Source of the DNA: Octopus vulgaris
Lineage: Eukaryota
Assembly (NCBI GenBank): GCA_951406725.2
Contig: OX597816.1
Span: 94,426,001-94,490,000, forward strand
DNA length: 64,000 nucleotides
Direction: 5' to 3'
Within the stretch, counting starts at the first letter, position 1. Each line of letters starts with the position of its first letter. This document shows positions 51,888 through 64,000 of the stretch, piece after piece. The notes under the pieces were generated by a model. That model made no database searches, was not told the origin of the DNA, and saw only the letters and a list, made by a program, of their open reading frames with translations. The translations under genes were made by a program, and so were the position numbers.

Positions 51888-54054
51888 CCCTGACGCAGTG
51901 CCAGGCAGTGACTCTCGCGGCTTCTGATCTTAACTGATTGGAAGTCTTATCATGTACATTGCTTTGTCTTGGTATAAAAGATGGGTTACAGCAAATATTC
52001 TGCTCAATACCACAGATTTGCTTGTCAGTTGTTTGACCTTAACCAGTTGAGCATGTCCCTTTAGTGGCTGACGATATGTGCATCTCTGATCACGAGCAGA
52101 AATTGTTGGGGAGCATCATAGCTATATGTTGAGAGGGATTCTTTGGGGTTTGAATAATTTACCTCTGGAAACATGGGTGTTTCATTCAACATCCTTAAAC
52201 AACCCTTATTCAGAGATCCATTTTGAGCGGGATGGGTTACTTGACCAGAAGAAACAAAAGAAGGAATTGTGGAAATAAAAACAAATCCCAATCGAAACAG
52301 AAATATTCCAAAGTCATTGCCACTCCACTCCAATTATTTATGCAGTTGACAGTATTTACCGACCGACATACAAAACTCGACACTGGGTCCGAATGGCAAT
52401 CAACTATCTGATTTACATTGCAAATGACGAACAACTAAAACTATTAGATGCAGTAGACGGACTTAGTTTGGCATGTTTAGCCAAAGCCACACTGAAGAAA
52501 GGAAAATTAGTATAAAGCAGAAATATCAGATTAGAAAACTGACATATAAATAATTGGAATGAATAGTAAAACTATAATACAAACAAAGGTAATACAAATT
52601 TAGTAAGGAATATTACAGACGTATTAGAATAATATTTGATGATATTAATATTATATAGAGTTAAATGCAAAATATTATGAAATAGTCATGAACATTCAAG
52701 AAATAAGTTATAGAAATAGTTCAAACAGAAGCTCAGTGAATTAGCCAGAGAAAATAAGAAAAGAAGGGTAAACATTAACTGCACGTAAAGTTGGACAAGT
52801 TAACAAGTATTATGACCACGGGGAACACATGAAGCGAAAAGTATTCAGCTGTTAGAAAACGTTTAGAATGTATATACTATGTGATTGTACAGTCACCTCA
52901 TAATGAATAGCAAGCAAACAATTCAAATAGCATAAAATTTGGAGAATTATTTTTTTAATTATCATTTTCAGAGAGGTTATTAAATAACTTGAAGTAAACT
53001 TTTGAAGAGGATTAAGAAGCAACAACAGAAATTGCGAAACGGTTCTTCAAAATGGTGATTAAAAAACAAAAAGATGGAGTAGCCATAGGTCCAGATTATT
53101 TCTAATTGTAATATGGAACAATGTAGTACCAAACACAAACATATAATATGCATTTGGTGCTAGGAAATTAAAAACAAAATGGAGAGAATCCAACAAAACT
53201 AGGCATCGCAGAAATAGATAAATAATAGTTTCAAATCTCGGTACAGGGCCAGTGGCTTTTAAGAGAGGGGGAAGTCGATTACATCGATTCCAATATTTGA
53301 CCAGTACTTATTTTATCAACTCCAAAAGTATGAAAGGCAAGGTCGACATCAGCAGAATTTGAACTCAGAACATAAAGACGGGCGAAATGCCGCTAACGAT
53401 TCTACCAGCCCGCCAATTTAGTAAAGTCTTCACCACAAGAAACTATGGAAAATAGATGAGGGAGGGTGTATAAAAAATAAGCTGTTTCTGGCAGCTTCAT
53501 TACAGTAGAGTAAATAAACAAACATTATAGATATGATGGGATGGGTGCTATATACTAGAACCTATGCCAAATCTATAGATTTATCCGCTGAAAATGAAAT
53601 GGTAAAACATACTGAATGAAATCAATAAAAGAGAATGACCAATTGAGCATACTCTAGAAAGTATTTACTCAGACAATGATAACAAAAGATGGTATTGCCA
53701 AATACCACCAGAGAAAGGATGTCTCATAAAAGACATGCCAATATATCTCTGAGCGGGATTTGAGAATTTATACAACTATAAAAACTTGGAAAGAAGGATG
53801 TCTAGAATCTGGGTTTCAAACTGTAAGAACCTGAAAAATAGGAACCTTGTTGCCAAAACCCCAAAACCTACAAATATAAAATGTTTAGAAAGTAGCACTA
53901 CTTAGGTACTTCGTAAAATATTACGTAAGATGTTCACAATGCAATAAAACAGGCAAGAAAAATAGGCAAACTCTAAACAGATTGTACAAAATGAAAGCAT
54001 TAATACGTATTTATAACAAAAATATTAGTGCTATATTAACAATGATATACTTAC

Positions 54055-54129
54055 TACGACTCCCAAAATGCATAGACATATTTCTAAAAACAGCATGAGA
54101 CCCATCATCGTTGTTGATGTGGATACCAT
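54055..54129 (-). CDS. Candidate signal-peptide exon of the astacin gene
   Basis: ATG...|gtaagt, phase 0. MVSTSTTMMGLMLFLEICLCILGVV joins exon 27797 in frame to give ...GVVA/TEERS, a V-x-A cleavage pattern. An acceptor at 54175 defines a 120-nt exon that also has a second fully open frame, so the call is uncertain. Confidence 0.45.
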
Positions 54130-55204
54130 TATCTTGGAGAGGTTGCAATTGTCTGAGGAACTGTTGGTTTATCACTGAAAGACCTATTTAGCTACCTTTC
54201 TGTCTCTTTCTATGGATGAAATGCTGTTGTAATAAAGATAGTTTGATTTATATATATGTATATATATGCAAGCTTGCGAACATAAGCTTATGCGTACTCT
54301 CCCGTGATTGCTTGTTTGTTGATGTATTCGTGTGCTTTTATGTTTGTTTGAAACATTGAAAGTGGAAAGAAATAAAAATCGGAAGGCTAGAAGATAGACA
54401 GAGAAGGAAAGAGGGGATGAATTAGAGAGTGAGGGGTGGAAATCAAAGAAATACGTACAGTATGGTGGATGTTAAATTGGATAGAGAAAATTGTTCTCCT
54501 AGTCCGCCTCCATATTATAATTTTAGTCTCATTGGCTATAAAATATTTGTGGGGAGTGGAAGAAGATTGCTTCGTTACATTATGTAAGTAATTATTTCTT
54601 TGAGGTTTAGGGCAAAATAATACAATTCAAATGTTCCAGTTTAGAACAGATAATCTATGTTGATGGGGAACTTATTCAATTAATATGTTACTTACAACAT
54701 TAAATACGGCGAGGTGGCAGAATCATTTGCATGTATAACTCAAATGATTAAGTTCGCTTCGCATTTACTATTTCCTGGGTTCGCTCTTGCGGCATGGCAC
54801 CGTGTGTAAATATCACTTTCGTTGCCTAGGGTCGACTCACGTTCTGTGAATGAAATTAGAGTGACAGAAATTGTATGAAATCCCATCGAGTGGATTCTAT
54901 CTACAATTCAATCGATACAGATTTGTCACACACAGCCATGCTGATTCTGCCCGAGAATTACGCTAATGGTGCAATGTTTTTGCAGAATGCTCAGCACTTA
55001 CTTCTTAATTCAGGAGCAGGTAATATTCATGTGTGTGTGTGTGTGTGCGCGCGCGTGCAGGTGCGGTTGTGAGGTAAGAAGCTTGCTTTCCAACCAAATG
55101 GTTCTGGGTTCAATCCCACTGCGTGGCACCTTGGCAAATATCTTTTCCAATAGCCTCGGGCCGATCAAGGTGAAAGAATCCTGTCGCATAGATGTATGTA
55201 GATA

Positions 55205-55302
<98 letters not shown>

Positions 55303-55792
55303 GTGTGTAAGCCTGTGTCTGTGTTTGCCCCCTGTTATCGCTTGACAACCGATGTTAGTGTGTTCCCATAACTCAACGGTTCGGTAAAAGAAACCGATAG
55401 AATAAGTACTCGTCTTACAAAGTTCTGGAGTTAATTTCTTCGACTAAAAAACACTTAAAGGCGGTGCATGGTTGCAGTCAAATGACTGAAACAAGAAACA
55501 GAATAAAAGAATATATATGTAATTAATAATATCAGGGTAATAAAGATTTTAGACATTTTTACTACCAGTGGCCTAGCAAAATTAGTCAATAGACTATATA
55601 TAATTCATATAAAATACAGTGTACATTTAAACACATTAAGAGGTATCCATCATAGGTCTCCCTTACGCTAGAAGGAACCGCTAAAATCCAAACCACTAAT
55701 TAGGGATAAATTCTCGAAGGGAATGAAAAATAAAAACATTTACCATTTATTTCCTGGACCATGGTTTCTGACTTTTTTTTAGCAAATAAAAT

Positions 55793-55856
55793 AATTTGCC
55801 AGGCGAAGTCTTCGTCAACAGATACGCCTGTTGACGAAGACTTCGCCTAGCAAATT
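55793..55856. other. 29-bp-arm hairpin
   Basis: aatttgccaggcgaagtcttcgtcaacag-atacgc-ctgttgacgaagacttcgcctagcaaatt, with one mismatch. Confidence 0.9.
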
Positions 55857-56732
55857 CTATTTTTCAGAAATACTTTGAAATCGGAAAGAAATGAAAAGGA
55901 AGAATTTGGTAAGTTGAATGGTAGTCCAATTTCGAGTTAGTCTCACCTATGCGCAGAAAAATTTGAAAAATTTTCCCGGATTTAATAATAACCACTCTGA
56001 AAGCGAAGTTCGTTCGCATCAATAATGCTCAATGCGTTTCCGTGGCATTAATTGATGTGAAATCTTTTAATGGAAAGCTTGCTTGTTTATCACATGTCGA
56101 CGTCCGTGCTACACTACCAACCTCTGATCACATCCTCAAATAGATGAAACTGAGCAGATATGCAATAATGGCGATGTAAATGATACTCTGATATGAATTA
56201 TTATCAAACATCCACTGTGTTGAACTTTCTTTTGTCTAGCTATAAACTCACTAAACTAGGCAACTTCGTGGGACATTAAATCATTAACTTTTCCATTTTT
56301 TTTAATTGCTAAATAAAAATGAATATCTGATGTGCATATTTTCCAAACATTGATTATGCTCTTACTGATATATTTAACATGCCCTAACCAAGATGCAACA
56401 AAAACAAACACAAATCTACAGCCAACTTGTTCTTACAGATGCTGATTGATTGCATGTGTTTTAAGTTTATTTTAAATGATACTAGCGAAACCCATGGAAT
56501 TTCAACAAGTTTCACTTGAGAAAAGTGAAGACTGTTGTCTTTGTGACTGTTATGGTGGAGACGACAATGAATTGCGGGCGAGATAGATAGATTGATGGAT
56601 AGAGTGAAAGACAGACACACAGACAGAGAAGGGAGTGAGGGGTAGAATGGAAAATGATGACACACAATTATTCACAAATACACATTCATGCACACAACCA
56701 CTCTCATATACACACACATATATCTACAAACA

Positions 56733-57075
56733 CATACATACATACATACATACATACATACATACATACATACATACATACATACATACATACATACATA
56801 CATACATACATACATACACCTGACATAGTGATTTGAGCTAGAGAAGAGAAACTCTGTATAGTTGTGGAAATCAGCTGCCCTGCAGATGTTAACATAAAGC
56901 TAAAGATCAGTGAAAAAGAGAATATCTACGCTGAACTATCGAGAAATCTACAGTTACTCTATCCAGATTACAAGTTTAGGTTTATACCTATAATTTTGGG
57001 GGCACTTGCATATGTGACAAACTGCCTAAATACCAATCTTGAAAAATTAGGCATCTCAAAACCAGAAAGGAGACT
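56733..57075 (+). mobile_element. (CATA)n followed by a restriction-like-endonuclease LINE 3' fragment
   Basis: PDIVI...VVEISCP...IPIILGAL. Confidence 0.7.
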
Positions 57076-58607
57076 GTAAAACTATCCAGAAGTTTAAGTA
57101 TTCTACTATTGCTTTATTTAAAATAGTTAAATCAGAATTCCGTTAAAGAAATTAGACAATATCCGTTAATGACTTTCGGACTTAAGTTTTAAACTTCTCG
57201 GATGCAAAATCTGCAATTTTTATTTCACTTTAAATTTTTAAGAAATAGGAATTAATTAGGAATAAAGGACTTTCCTGTTACAGTACAATTGTCAGTACAG
57301 TTGTGGGTATAAGTTTATTTGTCTGCATTTAAACAGTATAATTTGTTTGCATTTGCCACCAATTTTCCAGCTTTAATAAATTGACAATGAGACCACAATA
57401 TTTATACATGTCCAATGCAAACAAAATTTATTTTACAAACAATAAAATGCGCTGCAGCATTTGCACTGTAAATGTTCTAATTCAGATATTTCTACGAGAA
57501 TTGAACAGGGTGACAGATAAATTGCCATATTTTGTAGACAAATTGCCATATCGACACACCGATAATTGGTTTCTACTTAAGTTTACTGTGAAAACTTTGG
57601 TTTGTTTATGTAAAAAAAAATTTCTCAAGCTGTTCTTTTTATTCTTTTATTCTCTTACTTGTTTCACTCATTTGACTGCGGCCATGCTGGAGCACCGCCT
57701 TAAAGGGATTTTAGTCGAAGAAATCGATCTCAGGATTTATTCTTTTTGAGCTTAGTACTTATTCTATCGGCTTCTCATGCCGAACCGCTAGGTTACGGAG
57801 ACGTAAACACACCAACATCGGTTGCCAAGCCGATGGTGGGTGAATTTGGTTGGCCCAAGGCTATAGTAGAAGACATTTGCCCTTGGTGATATGTAGTGGG
57901 ACCTTGGAACCCAGAACCATGTGGTTGGGAAACAATCTTATTACCACACAGCCACGCCTGCGCCTTGTCTGACGACAGTGTTATAACTAAAGCATTGCTG
58001 TGTTGTTAAGAAGCTTGCTTTGCAACAACGGAGTTTCAGGTTCAGTCCCATTGTGCAGCACGTTGGGTGTCTTCTACTATAGCCCCGAAACGACGAATGC
58101 ATTGCGAGTGAATTTAGTAGATGGAAATTGTGTGGCGTATTGCCGCACACGCGTGCGCATGTGTGTGTGTGTTTTACCCTCACCGCTTGGCAAACAGTGT
58201 TGGTTTGTTTACGTCCCCATATCTTAGCGGTTCAGCAAAAATGACCGATAAAATAAGTACTATATCTAAAGATAAGTACTAGAGTCGATTTGTTTGACTA
58301 AACCCTTCAAAGCAGTGGCCCAGCATGGCACCAGTCCAATGACTGAAATAGGAAAAAGTTAAAAGACAAAACAAAGATACTCTGCTAATGAGGTCAAATT
58401 GAAACTGATACCGTGTCCATAATTGTTCCCTCGCCTCCAATCGAGGATCGAGCGGTCCTTTTTCTCAATCAGGAATTTATTAACTTCTTGCAATTATCTC
58501 CTCTTTTCCTTTAGTGTTGCAAACTATTATCGCTGGATTTTTGTTTGCCTCAGAAGAAAATTTCAATAAATCACGATTTCATTATGCACTACAATCAGAA
58601 TACCCCC

Positions 58608-58656
<49 letters not shown>

Positions 58657-58661
<5 letters not shown>

Positions 58662-59193
58662 ACAAACATTTCAAAAGCAAATAGACACTCCCCATTACCC
58701 TGTTGTATTTGAGCAGGCACTACCTGGTGCTTCAAACTTGTTTATTCTATTATTAAGTCTCATTTCAGATAACAGTAAATTCATTGTTTATAACAACTAA
58801 CCATGCCACGAACACCAGAAACAGAAAAGTTGTCTGATTTTCAAAGAGGGCGTATTGAAGATCAATCTGAGTGTGGAATTGCTCAGCGTAAAATTGCACA
58901 AAACCTTGGGCTTCTTCTTGCCACAATCAGCGAAGTGACTGTACCATTCACCAGCAAAGGAAATGAATCAACTAGTACCCGTTCAGGTTAACCCTCGGGC
59001 TGTCAAGTGGTTTGTTGAAAATAATCCCCGTTTTAATGTAGCTGGTGTTGCAGAACAACTCCAACTGATTCGGAGTACTTCTGTGAGTTATCTCCATCAA
59101 CTTGGCTACTATGAAACAGCATCTAGAAAGAAACCACTTCTTCAACCGGCAGGTATCCTCAAAAGAAAGAGGAAAAAAATCTTTCAAAAATGA
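58657..59193 (+). mobile_element. Tc1-like transposase 5' fragment, frameshifted
   Basis: MPR...LSDFQRGRI...QRKIAQNLG helix-turn-helix region, then RKKPLL. Confidence 0.75.
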
Positions 59194-59206
59194 TGGCGTC
59201 TACTTA

Positions 59207-59261
<55 letters not shown>

Positions 59262-59264
<3 letters not shown>

Positions 59265-59565
59265 GGTTCTCTGGGTAAATTGTCGCTATTTTATATTTTT
59301 AATTTCGCACATGCACATTGTTTGTTTTTGATTTAGTCGACTACACAGTATAGCAGGGTCAGTTGGGCACCGTCTGTGAGAAAAATACCACCATGACGCA
59401 ATTCATTCTGCAGAAATTTAGAAACGACATGCTGTACTGCTTGGCATTCGCACTGGAAGCTCCAATACGAACATTTCCGAATGTTTGGGTGTCAATCTGA
59501 GGACAGTGCAATCTGAGGACATGTGCCGAAAATGATAAAAATCAAACATTCAGTCAACATCATGC
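59262..59565 (+). mobile_element. Probable Tc1/mariner-family fragment after (TA)n
   Basis: TA|cagggt start and an HTH-like remnant RHAVLLGIRTG...CLGVNLRTV. Confidence 0.45.
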
Positions 59566-59797
59566 ATTGTGGATGTCGTGTTGGTTTTGTTATTCTTGTT
59601 GTCTAGCCCGAATCCAGTCCTGTTCGAGCAGATTTATCTAGAACTACATTATCCAGTGTTTCCTTTTTTAAGATAGTAAGATGCTATTTAAGTGAGATTT
59701 GGTCACTATTCTAGTAAGTTAAGCGATCACATATACGTTCCTTCGTTATCTCATCTTTATTCACTCTGATATAGACTAGAATACACAATATTCAGTG

Positions 59798-60781
59798 CGA
59801 GCAGTGGCGTGCCTCAAGGTTCAGTGCTTGGGCCCTTATTGTTCTTAGTCTTCATAAATGACTTGCCCGACGACCTCACGCAACACACCCTTCTATTTGC
59901 CGACGATGTCAAACTTGTCGCTCCTCGCGGTGATATAGAGGATCTTCGTCGATGCCTCCACCAAATTTGGAGGTGGTCTAACGAATGGGACCTGTGTCTG
60001 AACGTGTCAAAGTGCTTTCATCTGCCTGTTGGCTCTCCTCCTGCAACTCAACTTGATTTCGAGCCGGGTCGTCTGCTGCTGGAGAGGACCGATCAGGTAA
60101 AGGACCTGGGTATCTTGGTGGATTCTTCCTTTTCGCCTTCGGCCCAGTGCGTCCATGCTGATAACAAAGCACGCGGAATTCTGTTCTTGATTCGACGGTC
60201 ATTCGGAATGCTCACAGCAGCCATATTCCTACCGCTCTATGTCACGCTGGTGAGACCCATATTGGAGTACGGGATTCAAGCCTCTTCTCCTTATCTCCTC
60301 AAAGACACAGCATCTCGAAAGAGTCCAGAAGCTGGCTACCCGCATGGTTCATGGTCTCAAGAATTTATCTTATGAAGAAAGGCTGAAGACGCTCGACCTT
60401 TATTCTCTAGAAAAACGCCGCCGCCGTGGTGATCTCATTCTCGCTCACATCATAAGCGGAAAGTGTAACCTCTCGAAAGAGCTGTTCTTCACTCCTGCTC
60501 CAGAGCGTCGGCTGCGGGGTCATTCCGAAAAGCTCTACCTGCGACGATTTCATCTCAATCGAAGGAGAGGAGCTTTCTCCGTCCGGGTTGCGGATCCGTG
60601 GAACAAGCTGCCAGACGAGATGGTGAAGATGCCGACGACTGCTTTGTTCAAAGTCTCCCTTGAGCTCAAGTGGCCTGAACTCTTTACATGACCACCACCC
60701 TGTACATAACTCCATGTCCCCCTACATGGCCTTGCTTTTTGCTTTTGAGCCAAAAATTAACTAACTAACTAACTAACTAAC
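59798..60781 (+). mobile_element. 5'-truncated CR1-group LINE
   Basis: SGVPQGSVLGPLLFLVFINDL, LFADD, KDLGI, LYxTLVRPILEY, YEERL, RRRGDL and FSVRV...WNKLP. One frameshift near 60305. Ends in an (AACT)n tail. Confidence 0.93.
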
Positions 60782-61464
60782 AATAACACACAAAATACTT
60801 GACTATATATTACAATATATGCTACAAAACAGTATGTTTTTACACATAGTATAACTCAGTACATCAAAGAATACAGTACAGTAAACAATATAATCTTTTT
60901 TATCATTCTTTGATTGGAACTTTTGAAAGCCTAAATATGAAATATTTTTTCCGCAACATTAGATAGCATTCATCACTCTCCTTATAATCTTTTGCTTCTT
61001 TGCGGGTTCTAGTTCTATGGATTGTGGCTATACAAAAGCTTCAAAAGAAATTCTGAAAGCAATCTAAGAGATCTTACTTCTACTGTTAAGTTTCATCCAT
61101 ATTCGAACCCTGATTTCTGAAGTGTTTAGTAAAAATAATTTGTCCTGGAAGAAACACTAGTCTCTCCAAGTGATTTATTTCTCAGATGCCATGAATCAGC
61201 ATTACTGACAGTCACATGGTTGTTCGTTACCTTACCGTATCAACACAGTACATTTATCAGTAATATACATAGCCGAAGTTCCTTTCGCAATCATGAGGTT
61301 TCGGATTCGATACCATTGCGTGGCATCATGGTCAAGAACTTTTACTATTACTGCAAGTTGAACCAGGATTTGCGCGTGAAATTAGGTAGACGGAAACTGT
61401 GGAAGCTCTTTAGATAGACTGCACCTATAATTCAAAGATATCGGGCGAATTTTTTTTAAAGGTA

Positions 61465-62732
61465 CGAGGGGCGTTCAATAAGTAATGCCCCTGATCCACT
61501 TCCCATAGCAGTAGAGCAACGAAACTTGGCACAGTTATTAGTCTTTTTCTACATAGGAACAACCCAGAGTTACGCATTTCTCCCATCGTTTGATGCAGCT
61601 CTGGAGACCGTTTTCGTAGAAGACACCAGCTTGGTCCTCCAACCACGATGTGACTTCAGAAATCAAGGCTGCATCATCTGGGAAACGTTTTCCTTTAAAA
61701 AATAACTTCATGGCTGGGAAGAGGTGAAAATCAGAGGGTTCAAGGTCAGGAGAGTAGGGGGATGGGGGAAGAGTTCATAGCCGCACGCCTGTGCTTCTGA
61801 TCTGGCGACACGCGAGTTGTGGACCGGAGCGTTGTCCTGCAAGAGGAGGATGCCTTTGCTGATCTTGCCCCGTCTCTTGGTTTTGATAGCTTCTCTTAAT
61901 TTCCTCAAAAGTGAAGCATGATAGGCTCCTGCAATTGTGGTACCCTTTGCCAGGAAATCTGTCATCACTACTCCGTCCTGGTCCCAGAAGACTGTGAGCA
62001 TGACCTTGCCAGCGGAGGGCTGCGCCCTTGCCTTCTTTGGAGGAGGTGAGTCATGGTGCTTCCACTGCATTGACTGGGCTTTGGTCTCTGGATCATAGTG
62101 ATGGACCCAGGTCTCATCCTGTGTAATCAGTCTTTTGAAAAATTTTGACTCATCTTCTTGGCACATCCCTAAATTCATCCTCGAGGACTCGACGCGTTCT
62201 TGCTTCTGGAAAAGTGTGAGCAACCTGGGAATCCATCTGGCAGACACCTTTTGCATATGCAAATGGCTATGAATGATAGTTTCCACAGACCCGGTACTAA
62301 TCTTGACCTCATGGGCTATTTGGCGAATAGTTATGCGTCGATCTTTCAAAATGGCAGCCTCAACTTGACAGACAGATGCCTCATCAATGGCAGAAAGGGT
62401 GCGACCAGATCTGGGAGCTGTTTCCACAGAGTTCCGACCATGTTTGAATTCACGATGCCAGCGTTTTACAAGGTCATATGATGGGGCATCATCACCATAA
62501 GTTACTTTCATTTCATCAAAAGTCTCCTGTGGTGTGCGTCATTTCAAATACAAAAACCAGATCACTACTCGACACTCAACAGGCTCCATTTCCCACTTGA
62601 CTCATTTCAAACACCTGTAAATCAGAAACCACAATTAGTTCGGAGCTGTAATTTGCCACGTAATCTATAAAAATACAGCTAGATCAAACAATGGCAAGTG
62701 GGTCAGAGGCATTACTTATTGAACGCCCCTCG
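61465..62732 (-). mobile_element. Full-length mariner element, irritans-like
   Basis: TIRs cgaggggcgttcaataagtaatgcc at both ends, TA TSD, 1268 bp. Confidence 0.95.
61538..62589 (-). pseudogene. Mariner DD34D transposase, inactivated
   Basis: WIPRLL, TQDETW, QDNA and PSDFHLF motifs. A TGA at codon 17 and a frameshift at the HPPYSPDL motif. Confidence 0.92.
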
Positions 62733-64000
62733 TACTCGTATCTATGGAATGCTCAACCACTTGCAAGCTAATTCGGGGAGATGAGTTACTGCTATCACTA
62801 GATGTCTAGCGTCCATCATTGATGAAACCAAGGAAGGTTGAAATTACGTGATCTGATGATCTCGGCGCTGGCAATGGTGTGGGTTTATATCCCCGCTAGC
62901 GATATAAACAAAAGTGCATTTTGCATCAAAACCCAATGTAAGAGTTTCTCTCATGATATCTACCGTAGAATACACTGTTCTAACAGAACATCCATGTTTA
63001 AATGGGGATAAATATTACCATTAATCCAATGCATTGTTGAATCAATTGATCGAATAATTGAAACTTCATCGATGAAACCGACGTAGAGTCATTTAACATT
63101 CAGTACAGCAAAGTCCGTTCAGATGAATATACAAAATTAGGATCGACCCAAACTTTATGAGTGAAACTGAGTGTACGGAAGTTAAATAAAAACCCGACGA
63201 GTGGATTGTAACTGTGATTCAAAAGTTACAATATCGCACACTGTGTCACGGAGATGATTCTGACTGAGAATCACGATAAAGGTAGATATGTTCGTGGAAT
63301 ATTCAGCCTACTATTGCGTATTAATTCAATGAAAAGGGTAGTTCAGTTGATCGAATAACAATTGAACCGGATCCACCTGTGTCTGGTCTAATAATTCATT
63401 AGTACCTGGATTAATGATCGGGTTAATGTTTAGACTGTCATCTAGAAGAGTGTCTCAAGTATCCGTTAGGATTGGTATCTCAATTAAAGTCTGGCTTAGA
63501 GACCTAAATAGGCTAACCCAGTATTTTAGCACATTTTTAACACTTACCATTTAATAATCCAAAACTCTAGCAAGACTGGTGTTTACATTGTTATAATCAC
63601 GGCCACTACGTCACTACACCACCACCCTCATTGCACTGCAACCGCCACTACCACCATCAACTTTATCACAATCAACCCCACACCACAGCAGCAGCATCGC
63701 CATCATTCCCACCACCACTGTCGTTGTCGTCGTCATCATCATCATCATCGTAATTATTAGAATCATTATGACTCCATAGTTTTGGTAATTAATACCAAAC
63801 TTCAAATGTTTTTCCTAGCAGAAATGGCTCGTTTATTATTCGTTAATTACTAAACATTACATTCCTGTTCGACTACTTCTACAGTAACAATTGTTAAAAA
63901 TATAATGAGATGTGATGTACAGCTCATTATATTTTTAACAATTGTGGTATACAATATCATTTAATTGTCATATGAAAGAAAATTAATTTCGCTACATTTC

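Noticed and set aside
63548-63805. Hydrophobic ORF and GTAAGT donor as a first coding exon
   Set aside because: Low-complexity trinucleotide sequence with stops in all frames before the donor; at most a UTR exon.

Overview
AT-rich, repeat-dense animal genomic DNA, most likely from an octopus (inferred from the tRNA-derived CORE- and Meta-type SINEs and long microsatellites). One protein-coding gene dominates the window. It is a minus-strand, multi-exon astacin (M12A) zinc metalloprotease, and I reconstructed 13 phase-compatible exons by hand between 27797 and 452. They encode a propeptide, an RGKR site, the catalytic domain (HELGHAIGLFHE, SIMHY), a Cys-rich EGF-like module and at least four ShKT domains. 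The gene continues past the left edge. The last two ShKT exons come from a recent tandem duplication of about 2 kb. The best candidate signal-peptide exon lies about 26 kb upstream (54055-54129) and is uncertain. The rest is transposon-derived: a young non-autonomous Gypsy-type LTR element with a related solo LTR, a Helitron with a nested hAT MITE, a full-length inactive mariner, CR1, RTE, R4/Dong and L1/Tx1 fragments, pogo/Tc1/hAT remnants and foldback elements. The most unusual structure is a palindromic element at 25675-26224 that combines a tRNA-like Pol III head, (AAT)n and Penelope-type minimal hammerhead ribozyme motifs. All calls come from reading the sequence by eye; no searches were run.
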